Origin: Chiloscyllium plagiosum
Taxonomy: Eukaryota
Direction of reading: 5' to 3'
Assembly: GCF_004010195.1 (NCBI RefSeq)
Contig: NC_057718.1
Location: forward strand, 45,300,717 to 45,364,716
Length of the DNA: 64,000 nt
Position numbers and translations under genes: made by a program. How positions within the stretch are numbered: the first letter of the stretch is position 1; each line of letters begins with the position of its first letter. Below are positions 13,199 through 26,375 of this stretch, in pieces. The notes beneath the pieces are model-generated. The model saw only the letters and a list, made by a program, of their open reading frames with translations. It had not been told where the DNA came from and searched no databases.

Positions 13199-13978
13199 TT
13201 GAGGGTGCATTTTTGGAAAGCAAATCTTCGCAGGACTTATACACTTAATGGTAAGGTCCTAGGGAGTGTTGCTGAACAAAGAGATCTTGGAGTACAAGTT
13301 CATAGCTCCTTGAAAGTGGAGTCGCAGGTAGATCGGATAGTGAAGAAGGCGTTTTGTATGCTTTCCTTTATTGGTCAGAGTATTGAGTACAGGAGTTGGG
13401 AGGTCATGTTGTGGCTGTACAGGGCATTGGTTAGGCCACTGGAATATTGCGTGCAATTCTGGTCACCTTCCTATCGGAAAGATGTTGTGAAACCTGAAAG
13501 GGTTCAGAAAAGATTTACAAGGATGTTGCCAGGGTTGAAGGATTTGAGCTAAAGGGAGAGATTGAATAGGCTAGGGCTGTTTTCCCTGGAGCGTCGAAGG
13601 CTGAGGGGTGACCTTATAGAAGTTTATAGAATCATGAGGGGCATGGATAGGATAAATAGACAAAGTCTTTTCCCTGGGGTGCGGGGAGTCCAGAATTAGA
13701 GGGCATAGGTTTAGGGTGAGAGGGGGAAGATATCAAAGAGACCTAAGGGCAACCTTTTCACACAGAGGGTGGTACGTGTATGGAATGAGCTGCCAGAGGA
13801 AGTGGTGGAGGCTAGTACAATTGCAACATTTAAAAGGCACCTGGATGGGTATATGAATAGGAAGGGACTGGAGGGATATGGGCCAGGTGCTGACAAGTGG
13901 GACTAGATTGGGTTGGGATATCTGGACGAGTTGGACCGAAGTTTCTGTTTCCATGCTGTACATCTCTATGACTCTATG
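13199..13978 (+). mobile_element. Young 5'-truncated CR1 LINE (ORF2 C-terminus and 3' UTR)
   Basis: RDLGVQVHSSLKVESQVDRIVKKA...LVRPLEYCVQFWSPSYRKDV...RFTRMLPGL; premature TAA at 13550; tail CTCTATGACTCTATGA. Confidence 0.95.
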
Positions 13979-14090
13979 AAACACAACTGAAAATGACATG
14001 GCATCTGCGTTTAATAGCTTGTATCAAAATTGTGATACCTGCTTTCTGGACCTTTTTTTACATGATCTAATTGAAAATTTACAATATATA

Positions 14091-14783
14091 CAGAGGAACC
14101 TTAATTATTCGAATATCGGATTATCCAAAGGGGATCTCTCAAGGTCCTGACAAAAAACATTACGTCAAAGAGCTGTTTCAACCCTGATCGCGTCTTTTGT
14201 TTACAGGTAAAGTGATTAAAAACAAACTCAGTTCACTGAAATGCTGCCGAGAACAGTCCTGGACCGACCAGTCACCGTCTCTCACTCTCTCCCTCCACAC
14301 TTCTTCCCTGGAGTTTTACGCAGGGGTGAACGCTAAACCCCACTTCCCCAGATAATCTCGCCAACATTTGTCCTGCACAAGGTGGAGGTTGAACCTGTCA
14401 AAAAGGGGTGTGTGTGTATGCGTGCGCTATTTGGAGACTTACCCCACAAAGGCAGCAGTGGTCTTACTGTTGGTGAACAGTCCGGCTGTCCGGGGTGGGG
14501 GGGGAGGGGTTAGCAGATGGGGTTCGGGTGTTTGGAGGGGATGGGCAGACAGGGCATGGTGTTGGACAGGGTTGTGGGCGGGGGGGCGGGGGTGGGAGTG
14601 GATGGGTTTGTGGGTGGGCAGGCGGGGGCGGGCGGGGTCTGGAGTGGGAACGGGTGGGGTCTTGCGCGCAATGTGCTTTTGCCTAGTCTCCTGAACGGGG
14701 AGCAGACTTCACAGAAAACTCCAAGACCCTGAGGAAATCAATTAGTGCCTGCCCATCTCACTCGGATACTTGAGGTTCCTCTA
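14091..14783. mobile_element. Non-autonomous Tc1/mariner-pogo (Tigger-like) DNA transposon
   Basis: Imperfect terminal inverted repeats CAGAGGAACCTTAATTATTCGA and TCGGATACTTGAGGTTCCTCTA, flanked by TA on both sides; no transposase ORF. Confidence 0.75.
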
Positions 14784-15099
14784 TATTGCCAAAGCAATAT
14801 TATTCCATTGAATATCTGCAGTTTTTTTAATCAATCAATATTTCTTGGCAAGCATTGTATACATTAATCACCTAACTTCTTACCAGCTATAGTCATCCTT
14901 GATTTGACTTCATCATTGCGACACTGTTCTGTCTTTATCAATGAATACTCATCACCTTGTTTGCTTAAACATCTGCAGGTATTTTGTGGAATCACAGAAT
15001 ACTTGTCTAGTAATGTGCCATGCTACCGCATAGAACATTGCATATTGTAATGATTTGCTTAGGTTGTGAATTTCCTGTTTTAACTGGTGATGAGATTAA

Positions 15100-15395
15100 G
15101 GAAAGAAAGAAATGGCATGCATTAATACAGCACCTTGCACATCTTAAGCATGTTGCAAAGTGTTTTATATTTTATTATTTTAATATATAATAAAAATATC
15201 CCACTGACTACAAGACATCTATTTCATGTTGATTTACGATAAAATATTTGCTGGGGTACTGGAAAATGGCTTGTTCTTCTTTTGAATGTTTCTGTATTAT
15301 TTTTAGTATATCTCTAAGGGGGCACTCCACTTTGATTCAATGCCCCGTCAATGCACAACTCCTTTTAGTATTCCATAGAACTGTCAACCTAGAAT
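15100..15395 (-). mobile_element. Degraded Deu-type SINE
   Basis: Antisense L2-like tail (AAAGAAAGAAAT-GCAT..TAATACAGCACCTT) and body similar to 47205-47545. Confidence 0.5.
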
Positions 15396-15429
15396 TTAAA
15401 CTGGTTGATAAAATAACCAGAGACAAAGT

Positions 15430-15620
15430 GAATGCAATACCTGAGAGTGTGATTGTGGCAGATTCAGTTGCAGCTTTCAAATGGGAATTAGATAATTAAC
15501 TGTGTCTGAGACATTTCTACGTCTGAGGAAAAGATGGGGGAGTGGGAGAAATGAGTTGCTGTTACAGAGAGCTGGCACAGACACAATCAGCTGAATAGTC
15601 TCATGTTGTGCTGTGTAACC
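15430..15620 (+). mobile_element. Old CR1 3' end
   Basis: NAIPESVIVADSVAAFKWELD matches the CR1 ORF2 terminal motif pattern. Confidence 0.65.
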
Positions 15621-16499
15621 ACTCTTATTATATATGTTGAAGTCTTGAAGTAGAGTTTAAATCTATGTTCTCCTTACTCAAGTGAAAGCTGACACGATGT
15701 CAACATGATACATTATTCACACACAGACTGGGGCAATTCTGCACATTATAGAAACACCAGAAAGATTACACTAGTGACTGACCATTGTCTGCTGAGCAGT
15801 GAACATGTACATGCCTTTCAAGTCAGCCATGGATGCATTTTTGACTCTGGAAATAGTGAAACATTTTTATTGAAACAGTTTATGGTGGAAAATTGGATTC
15901 TCAGGACCCTTTTGAATGTGGTTCTGTGGATCAATAAATTAGAGATTTTCATCAATTCAGTCTGCTTTCAAAAGTAATATTGTTCCACAGAAAAGGAAAC
16001 CAGCCATAAATATTTTTGAATCAATGAACCTGGGCCTCTTGGCTCTGAGGTAAGGATGCTATCAATGTGCTACAAAAACCCTCTCTCAAACCATAAGAAT
16101 AAATAATGTTATCTGGTGTATCTGTCCAAACTCATTAAGTCTCATTCATCCATCACCTTTTTGATCTTTTACGCATACTGACCATTTGCTTCTGGTCTGG
16201 CAATATCTCCATTTTGCTAATCTCATCCTCCAAATTAAATCCCTGTCTTATCTTACTCACTTTAGCCCAAGAATTTCTCCTCCCATCCCCATTCTCAAGT
16301 TTTACCTCCTGTATCCCCTGATTTTTATTTCTCCATTTGATACTCATTCGTAAAATCGGTTCCTTTCCCTATACCTCTTCAACTCTTTAGCCACTTTCCT
16401 CCTTTTGAGTTGTTTGAGTTGATGGCTGGTGCTTAAATGCAGCTTGGTTCAAGAGAGCAATTTACAAGTATTCAATATTTCCCAAGATTGCATATTAGC

Positions 16500-16612
16500 A
16501 GTCATAGAGCATGGAAACAGACCCTTCAGTCCAAGTGATCCATGCTGACCAGCTTACCCAAACTAATCCCATTTTCCTGCATTTGACCCATATCGTATCT
16601 GAAGTTTTCCTA
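16500..16612 (-). mobile_element. CR1 3' end fragment
   Basis: AGTCATAGAGCATGGAAACAGACCCTTCAGTCC, as in the other copies. Confidence 0.8.
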
Positions 16613-17254
16613 ATTATTTTTAAAAATGCATCAATGCTTCAACAATCCTTGACTTTTGAAATATTGTTTTTCCCATTTTAGTCCACAATAAAAAAAAAGA
16701 AAAATAAGAAATAATAGTATTTACGCTAAGGAGTGCAAAACTTTTATATTCTTATAGTATAGTGACATCTAGCATGTTCAGAATAGCCTCCCAGCACATA
16801 CTGTGAGGGTTTCTAGAAGAACTGTGGCCACTTTGGACTACTGGTACATTGTGGAACAGAACAACACCATGAGTCAAAAGGCACAGGAGGTATCCAATTC
16901 AGAACATTCTCGAGCTTCAATGAACAGATTTGTCTTCTATTTTAAAGAGAGGTTCCTTTCTTTCCCTTTTACTAAAATTATTATAATGGAGAAAAAAATA
17001 CTTGATTCACGATTCATTGGTGCATCACGAAATGAGCATTATTATCCTGTGTTGCAACCATTTAAAGCTTCTGATTTAACCTGTGAACTAGGATAGTAAA
17101 TGTTTTACAGGCAGATGGTTTACAAAACATTAATTTGTGTGTTAGTTATTCTGAATATTCAGTAACTCTTATGTGTTAAATATTGTTGTGTCCTGTTTTC
17201 AAGGATCAGGTATAGAACCTTAAGTTTGAATATCAAATACCAGAATAATCCTAA

Positions 17255-17490
17255 GCATGTTAATGTAAAAGATTCCATGCACTCTTTTGAAGCCTTCTGC
17301 CTGGTGCCCTGGCCTATATTTATCCCTGAATCAACATTACAAAAACAGATTGGTCGATGGTTAGTAAGTTGCTATTTATTGGAGTGCTGTGTGCAAAATT
17401 GATTGTACTTCAAAAATACTTCATTTAATGAAGTGCTTTGAAACCTTTGGTAGTCTTGACCAATGGTGTACAATGCAAGTCTTTTTATTT
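17255..17490 (+). mobile_element. Degraded Deu-type SINE (SacSINE1/AmnSINE-like)
   Basis: GGTGCCCTGGCCTATATTTATCCCTGAATCAACAT...TGCTGTGTGCAAAATTG...AAGTGCTTTG...AATGCAAGTCTTT. Confidence 0.65.
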
Positions 17491-18026
17491 TTCATTTAAT
17501 TGTGTTTAGGTATTTCACAGGAGAAATTGAGGATGCAGTGAGGACTGGGTGGCAGAGGACATTTAAAGTATCGGAAGCAAAATAGATCTGGTCAGTGGGA
17601 GGAATGCTGCTGTGACCTTGAATTTGGTGACAAATATTAGGAGATAGAAAATCAAATGGAAGAGAAATAAATCCAAGAATAATGCAGATTGACCTTTTTA
17701 AAAAAAGTTGGCTGTCTTCCCAGTTTTAGGAATGAGCCTCAAGTTTTTCCATATTTTTGTAACAAGAATCTCAATTTGGTGTGGTTTACATTTTACACAA
17801 GTTTCCTGTGGAAAATTTATAGTCATATTTCCCACAGACTTTTTTTCTCCCAGACTCAATACTGAGTATAACATTAAAAAACTCTTATGATTCATTCCAT
17901 TCAATGACCCCAATGCCTTTTCATTGCAAAGCATCAAACTGTTGTACTACATCCATTTCTTCAGATTACATGCAAAGTAACTGAATTTTACCAGAAATTG
18001 ACTAGGTGTCAATTTTGGTGAGTTTT

Positions 18027-18356
18027 CATAGAATCATTGAATCGTTACAGTGTGGAAACAGGCCATTTGGCCTAACAAGTCCACATCGACCCTCCGAAGA
18101 GTAATCTACTCCGACCCATTCCCCTACTCTTACCCAAATTAATGCGCGTAACCAACACATTCCTGAACATTCTGGGCAATCCACGTAACCTGCACATCTT
18201 TGAACACCGGGATGAAACTGGAGCACCTGGAGGAAACCCATACACACATGGGGAGAATGTGCAAACACCACACAGACAATCACCTGAGGCTGGAATCGAA
18301 CCCGAGTCCCTGGCACTGTGAGGCATCAGTGCTAACCACTGAGCTAGTGTGCCACC
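18027..18356 (-). mobile_element. HE1/V-type SINE
   Basis: Full-length reverse-complement copy with tRNA-like head and V-domain. Confidence 0.9.
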
Positions 18357-18589
18357 ATGGAGGAATTTTTGAGTCCTAGTGAGTTTTCTTGTAGTCTCTT
18401 CCGAAACCCACCTCATGGCCTATGCACCACAACCCTCTGGCACCCTGTTTGTTGTGTCCACCCTTTTGTCACGGGCAGAAGTTCTTGCCACTGCCAGGAT
18501 CTCTGGGGATTCCTGCCGCCTGTGCACAGTCAAGCATTGCCATTCCAGAGCTGTCGTGCACTGTTCATTTGTATTGCTCCAAACATGTT

Positions 18590-18795
18590 GGAGGAGGGAA
18601 ATTGGCGTAACGTTTGCCAACAGGGATTTGAAGGTCCTGGTGAATGATTTAATACAGAGGAGAACCATCCTTTTTCCACAAATACAGGAGACACTACCAG
18701 CCTGGGCTGAGGCATTCATTTAGGTCAGTGATGTTTCCCTGAGCTGGACGAATGCCCAGCGAGGCAGGCAGAAGATCTGTAATCATCTCTGCTGT
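18590..18795 (+). mobile_element. PIF/Harbinger transposon remnant, Myb/SANT-like DNA-binding ORF
   Basis: FANRDLKVLVNDLIQRRTILFP...PAWAEAFI*VSDVS..TNAQ fits the Myb/SANT-like pattern (F...E/DL.VLV....RR..LF....AW..I...V.AVS); contains a stop. Confidence 0.55.
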
Positions 18796-19261
18796 GCAGA
18801 AATAAGTGCCACCATCCTATTTCTGCTACTTCACAGTCACTTCACCTCTCCTGCTGTGTACATTTCCCACAAAGGCTCACAAGATTGTATTCAACATATT
18901 CCCTTGTTCGCTCTGATCCATCCAGTTACCCCACAACACTAATCCTACCTGCACTCCATGGTGCCCATTTACTCACTTACCACTTTTGTCCCATCTGCAC
19001 CTAACAGCTGTGCCAGACACTTCCACCTCACTCATTCCCTCTTTTTGTCTTATTCTGGAAAAGAAGGGCCACAACAGAGCACAAAGAACCAAAACATGTG
19101 ACGGGTGCCCAGCATTTTGCTCCTCTTCTCCTAAGAGGAGAGCAACCTGACCCTAAGCACGCCAAGTAACTGAATGACCATGTCCAACAAAATGGATTGT
19201 TATCAGAAACGACCCCCGACTTTGTATTGGGATCCCCATGACTGAAGAATGTCTCCCTTGA

Positions 19262-19342
19262 CTTGACTGAACTGCTGTGCTCTTCCAGCACCACTAATCC
19301 AGAATCTGGTTTCCAGCATGTGCAGTCATTGTTTTTACCACC
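19262..19342 (+). mobile_element. PLE terminal-repeat fragment
   Basis: CTGCTGTGCTCTTCCAGCACCACT...TCCAGCATGTGCAGTC, similar to family A ends. Confidence 0.6.
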
Positions 19343-19479
19343 TTGAAGACTACTTGCCTTAGTCCTTGATGCATGACCATTTGGTTGATACATGTGCATG
19401 GTGCAGGTATGAGATCATCAGGTGTGAGGCACTTGTGTCTGTTGTACGTGGTGCAGGTCTGGCCCATTCGTCCCGAGCT

Positions 19480-19980
19480 GCTCCATGACGCAGGACTCCA
19501 TGCTTATGGTCTGTTCCCGAGGACATACACCGAGACAGACATCAACTGCATCTGGTGAAACATCAACTTGGTGAAAAGCACGCTTTGGTCTGCCCAAAAC
19601 TTGTTAGTCTTCCAGAACAGGGAATTCACCTTGACCAAGTGTTGCAGACTGGCACATTCCAAGGTCCATGACTATGTGCTGTTGGATACACTAAAGCTTT
19701 GGGCATTGCTGGCAAGGCGCAGTGGACAAAGACCACGGTCTGATGTCTTCCTGCTTAAGTTAATCGGGAGTCTGTGTTCTGCTATCAGACCCTCCTAGTG
19801 CCTAAGTGCATGTAAATATAATCTTGTGCATGTAAGAGATGTCTTTTGTTTTCTCTGGTTGAGTGAAACTGAAATGTTTGTTTGTATACTTGATATTCTA
19901 CTGTACAGAACCAAATTGCATTTTTGACAATGGATATTCAAAGGGACTTATGAGTAAAGCATATTTCTGAAATTTAAAAA
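19480..19980 (+). mobile_element. Tx1/L1-like LINE ORF2 C-terminus and 3' UTR
   Basis: YGLFPRTYTETDINCIW*NINLVKSTLWSAQNLLVFQNREFTLTKCCRLAHSKVHDYVL resembles Tx1-clade ORF2 ends; 3' UTR shared with 9361-9617. Confidence 0.7.
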
Positions 19981-22900
19981 GGTATGAGATTGATGTAATG
20001 CAACAATGTATAGCAACATGTGCACTCCTTGACTTGCTACTGACAACTATGTGTAAGCTGCCTGAATTTGTGTTTGTGCTAAGAGGCAAGTCAACACAAG
20101 TACCATGGACCTTTTTAAGCTCTAGTTGAGGGGCAAAATGGCAAAGCAAAGCAAGGACGCTGTAAACATCCAATTAGGTGCAAAATGTGTGAAAGTGAAG
20201 AGAGCATTGTAAGGAATGCTCAAATCTTTAAATTGGTGCTTATCCCTGGAAACCAAGTGTCTTGGGAGCAGCATTTCAATGTAAGCTGCCTATGTGCTCC
20301 AAAATGCAATGTTGAAGTGCAGAATTATGTTGTTTGTGAATCAGAGATGTATGTTGAGGCTGTTACATATCCAGTGCCACTGTATGTGGATGGGAGTGCT
20401 TGTGGTTGCTGCTTATGGAGAGTGTCCTGAGATGTTAGTAACTGGTATCAAGATGGAGAGTTGGAATGGCCAGGTTGTCACTCCAATTGTCATGTTTGAA
20501 TTGCCACCTAGTCCTAGCTGGAGGATAAGAAATTATGTGTAAATGAGATGAGATTAATTTATAGTAAGACATGTAAAGAGGCCTCTCTCCATTCTGTAGT
20601 GAGATTCTCACCTCGGTATTCAACACCTGGTTGGCAAATAGAACATTTTGCTCTTGATGGCAAGAAACTCCCTACTGCTGATTTTTTTCCCCATTTTCTT
20701 GCAAATCCCATGTTATTCAGAACCTAGGAAAACTCCATCCAGGAACATCAGTTTATGCAGTATTCAAAAATTAAATCTCCATCCGCTGCTTTATTCTTCT
20801 GTCAAAGTAGATAAACTATCTGCTAATAGTACACAATTGAAATTTGACATGTCATCTTGCCATGATGATGCTTGTCCATGAATATCAACTGCTTCTTTAT
20901 TTATGAACCTCTTTTCAGGCCTACACACATTCACTGCACTTTAAACTCTAAATCATTCTGATTCCCAATTCTTGTGCATCTCCCCATTGGTTATTCTATT
21001 GTCAATGGCTGAGGCCTCACTGACTTTCTTTTACTACTTCTTTTTATTCTTTAAGCTCTTTTTCCTGAAAGGGAATGTCTCACGCATCCTCCTGATTTTT
21101 TTTTGGCAAACACACCAACATATTGCCTGTGTCATCAATAAAAATGAGTTAACAAGGCAGGGACAGTGTAACAATAACAAAACAGGAGGATAGAGAACTG
21201 TTCTTTGGATCAATTTTTTTTCAATGTGCTTGTTTGCAACAAAAATGCATATTATTGCTTTTTCACGCAAATGGCTGTCAGTGCCTTTTTATGAAGAGAA
21301 ACTTGGAGTGGAACAGGATTGCATGTGCTTTTAGCACAAAGGCTTGCATTTTCACCTTTGAAACAGGTAGTGGGAGTTGAGAAAATTCCATGCCAGATTA
21401 ACAAATGTAGTGTATTGATTCGTAATAAGGTGTTACTTTCATCTGTATCATTCTCTCATGAACGTCAGCATAGAATGTCTGTTTATCCTTATGCTCTCAA
21501 TCATTTTTAACAAGGCATTCTTGAAGTTAGGATTATTAAACACACTAAACTGTAGCCAGACTTTAGTGAGTCATGATTACACCAACTTAATGAATATTTT
21601 GTTGTGTAGATGGAGCTAAATGACATGCCTATACTTGACACGTTTGAATTCTTTTATGAAATTTTTAAAAAGTTATTTGTGGTTAAAGTATTGTGTACTT
21701 TTTTTTATTCATATCTGTTTTGGTTTTAATTGTGTTGCAATCTTTATTTTAGTTAAAAACATTTCTCGTCATTCAAAAGGAAATGGCCAGTTTCTGGTTG
21801 TCTTTTTTTTTGTGAACTAAAGGCTGGATGGTAACCTTCCCTTGAAGACAAGGGGATTGTAAAGTCCAGTGGGATGTCTTCTTGCCATCTATCTTCCCAC
21901 TCTCTGTCTGATGTTTTACACAAGGCATGAGCGTCAGCCCATTCTTGGACCTATAGAAGCCATTAAGCAGCCAGTTCCAATTGCAGGTCTCATCCTACTG
22001 CTGTGAGTCTCTTTTCTTTCATTGGGAGAGCCCACTTCATCGTTTTAGTCACACTAAATGATTCCAGTGATGGTGGGGATGGGATTTGTTCTACAGTGCC
22101 CCTGGGGCCTCTTCTGATGCAGGCCCCTCACCCCACATCACTGACACACTAATTCTGTTCTTAACAGGGTTCTTAGGTATTGTGGGCCTACATCCGGTCC
22201 TAGCATTGGTCAGCACTCCTCCCAGGATAGGATCATTAAATTGTGGTAGGGCTGGCTTCAGAATGGTAGATGACAACTCCAACTCTCATACACACTTAGC
22301 TATTGGGATGAAGACTGTAGTGCCCCATAATACTCAGCTTTGAGTCTAAAATTGCAGTCAGAAGATATTGGAGTGAAATTGAAAATGGGCTAGAATAAAC
22401 CTAGAGAATGGAGTTGGGGGATAGTAGTACAATACAATCAACATCCAGTTTTACCACAGTCACTGGCACCAACTGGCTATCAGATTGTAAAAGAGATGAA
22501 TGTGATATCTTGTTTCATATTCCTGCTAATGCCCAGTTTCACCCTGATTTTATAGTTTATTTTAAATAGTACTTTAGATAAACTTTGAGAATTTAATAAT
22601 TTTAGTTTTAACTTGTTAGTGATATTTATGTTTATCCTTTTAAAAGAAAGGTATTCTTTACTCACTTCAGATAATGCTGTTTATATAGAATTGTAAGTTT
22701 TCTCCCTGTGAAAGTAGTAAGTTTCCTGACATTGTAGAGTGCTGTAATAGTTTTGTATTTCTTTGCTTTGTTCTTATGTCTTCATTTTCTTTGTAATTTT
22801 CTTCACTTCTCTTTGTTTGGATATGGTTTGAGCTGAATGGTGGGAAGTCATTTGTCAGATGATGAGAGGTACAGCCAACTTTGATGTCCATGCACATGTC

Positions 22901-25479
22901 ATCAGAATTGGTAATCTTCCTGATTTTTGTTTTTCTTCCTCATGGACTTTGGCCAGATGAAACCACTTATTTTAGCACAGGTTAGGGATGGCAGCAATGT
23001 TTTCCCAAGTCTATAGGCATAGTTACTGTAAATTTAGCTCGGCCTCTCTATTATATTCATAAGCAGAATAATACCCTTCTCAACGTTGAATGGGTCGCCA
23101 TCCTGTCACTTTTAATGATTCTTTTAAATGTGAATTACACTTATTACAAACCTATTGATCTGAATAATAGTGCCATACCACAATGGTGTGGGCATTCAAG
23201 TGAGAATGGGCAGCCCACGTTTTGGTACGGTTTGTTTTTAGAAGGACAAGAAGAAAGCAGATACAGTACTATAATTTGGAGGATTGTTCTTTGCACATCA
23301 TGGGTAAGACCTCCTCTCTCCTTCCTTCCCACCTGCCTGGTCTCCAAAGCCTACTCTCCCACCCCCTTCCCTAACATGACCAAACGTTCCTTACCCACTT
23401 CACGTGGGACTGTTTGAATTTCTGTCATCACCACTAATGATCTCTTGAAGACTGACTGACTGTTGCTTAACTTTAAGTTTGCTCCCCTTGCCCTGGGATC
23501 TTCAGTTCAGAGGATTTTTTTTTCAATATCTAGTCAAATCTCTTGCTGATTTTATATACCTCAGTTAGATCTTGCCTTAATTATCTAAACTCAAGAGAAT
23601 ATCAGAGAGTGGGTGGAGAAATCGATTAGCAAGAACATTAGTATGAAGAAACTGTTAATGGATAAACAAGGTGAACCTTTTGTTGGTTGATTGGGTTAAT
23701 AATTCTTTCTGTAACAGTGTATGCTGGTAAAATGTAAACAGATCAAAATTATTTAGTTTTTCTTACAATGTTCTGCTTCAGGACTTTAATTTATGTTTTG
23801 ATTAAACAAATCTTTTGAATAAATATGACAGGCATACATTAACTGTGTGTAGATTATGCAGTATACTGCTATGTATGTCTCCTAATGGTAGTGATGCAGA
23901 GGCTTCTTTTATCATGTCCCTCATAAGATTTACCATCTTCACTATGACAAAATATTACACAAAAAGTAATTTAAAAAAAAAGTTTACTCTGACTAGTGCA
24001 CCATGGAAACTTTGTTTTATTAGTTAATAAGGTGTGTTGTTATTAACCTTTTGCAGAGATTAGGAACTTGTGCAAAAGATTGCAAGCTTAATTATAGACT
24101 CAGATTTTTCAGTTTTTTGCATCACCAATTATTCCTGAAGGAATAAGCCATGTATATGTTTACCAGAATAACATGATTAGAAATGTAAACGCTAATCTGA
24201 TGGTTTTATAAAGTGATTAAATAATCTGACAATTTTTATTACCATCTGCAATTGTTGGGTTTCACACAATTTACTCTCAGGGCCGTAAACAGCTATCATC
24301 TCCATTGCACCCACAAGAGCTCAGGAATGGAAGTGGTTAAGAAATGGCGATCTATCAAAATTTGAAACTTGTCAAATATATTGGAATGCGATTAATCTAA
24401 AATTCTTGCTTTATTAACTGGCTGCAGTTGAGTTTGTTTTCCTAATAGACTTTGCAAGCATTAAAGTAATTATTAGTTGTCTCACTGTCTGCTTAAATAA
24501 GGCAAGTTTCTTTTGGAAACTGAGCAATAATCTAAGTGACATGTACTGCCTTCGAATTTTTCTTGATGTGTCTCAGTACACTCTGCACCACCACCACCAA
24601 TGTACAGGCTATTTAAGTGCCAAGAATCTGGGATATTTTACAGGGTAGGCTTTAAAAGCAGAACCCTTCAATTATTTTTTTTTCTCTTCTACATGTAGTA
24701 TTATCAATTGTGAAGCTTTTGAAGTGATATTCAAAGTAATTACACCCTCATAAGGTTTTGTGTTATTCTTCACGTCCATCTAACAGAAAGATGGTCAAAC
24801 AGTCTATTTCAAAGCCCATATTACGTCTATTACTGAGTCACCAAAGTGTGAAGTTCCATAGAGTGTCTTCTAAACTCTTTTTGGTTCGATGAGCAAGAAT
24901 GCAACTTGCGAGAAATTGCACAAATGAATCTATATTCATATGCCCTGTAGGGTAATGTGGTCAACTACATTGCTGTGCTTGTGTTTAGTTTGTTTTAAAA
25001 ATCCTAAGCACCTCCAGTAGTGAATCTGTATGTGTCATGTAACTGAACCTTTCAGACCAACAGCGTTCTGAGTTGGTTCCCATATGAATTGGTTGAAGGA
25101 AAATCACACCCAATTCTTTTTTTCCTCTGAGGGTTGTGCCAAGATCCCTGATGGAAAATGTGTGAACCCTAATTGAACGCAAGTTGATTACGTGAGATCC
25201 ATTCATCCCCTGCACATTTGTAGGGGTTCAAACTCTGATTTAAGGTACTCCTGAAGTCTTGCTTACTTGACATTCTGACCATGTGACATATGATTATATG
25301 GAGGTTGGGTCTCTTGTAGTTGAATATCTTCAATAGGGGATTTGTGGTATCATATGTGTGAGAAATTTCAAGAACCCAGGAAGCAGGCAAAGTAGAGGAA
25401 GGCAGGATAAGAGATGGGGTGGGGAAGGTTTGAATCTTTTTTTTTGTACAGGCCTTCCATTCCACAACTTCTTCCAGCA

Positions 25480-25715
25480 AGATGAATGAAACCAGTAGGT
25501 GCATGGAACACTACATTATCCCCATGCTCACACACCATTTTGACTTTCACTGGATCAAAATCTTGAAATTTCCTCCCTCATATCTCTCTAGATGTTTCTA
25601 CACAACCTCCACTGCAGCAGTTGAAGAAAGCTCACCATGACCACCTTGAGGGCAGTTAGGGATGGGCAATAAATACTAATCTTGCCAGCAATGCTCACAT
25701 CCCAGAAACACAAAA
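25480..25715 (+). mobile_element. Old CR1/L2-group LINE 3' end
   Basis: GGGCAGTTAGGGATGGGCAATAAAT...GCCAGCAATGCTCACATCCC; similar to 40250-40520. Confidence 0.6.
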
Positions 25716-26250
25716 AGTCAATAATGACTTACCAAAATTCTGCCCCTAACCAAGACTAATATTGGTAACACACAGATTTCGCCAAAAGTAGTAAAATAAC
25801 TCAGCCATATGTAAATGGTAATCTTAGGTGTAAAACATTGATATTCTACCTGTAACTCATAATGCTGAAACTTGGTAGTATTTATTTTGGAACTACTGTC
25901 ACATTGGTCTGCACTATCCAAAGCACACTTAGGCTCCCAAGAGTGCTGCATTTTCAAGGGTCCGATCTCTCTTTCTTTATCCTTAGAAGTCTAGTTTGGG
26001 TTCAGGTTTTGTGTGAAGGTGATGAAGCTAAATTGGGAGCTTTAGTTGGGGTCCCTTCACATGTTCGGTCTACTATCACATGTAAAAGTGAATTGAGCCA
26101 GAGATTGCACAAGGAATCAGTGAGTTAAGTGTTGGGGGAACCTACCAAAAAATATATCATCCTAAACTCAGACCAGTATTAACAATTCCAAAACACTCCC
26201 AAGGTCACACTTGATAATCAAAATATATTATATATAATGAAGACAATTAA

Positions 26251-26375
26251 NNNNNNNNNNNNNNNNNNNNNNNNNNNNNNNNNNNNNNNNNNNNNNNNNN
26301 NNNNNNNNNNNNNNNNNNNNNNNNNNNNNNNNNNNNNNNNNNNNNNNNNNNNNNNNNNNNNNNNNNNNNNNNNNN
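26251..26375. other. Assembly gap (N run)
   Basis: 125 Ns. Confidence 1.
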
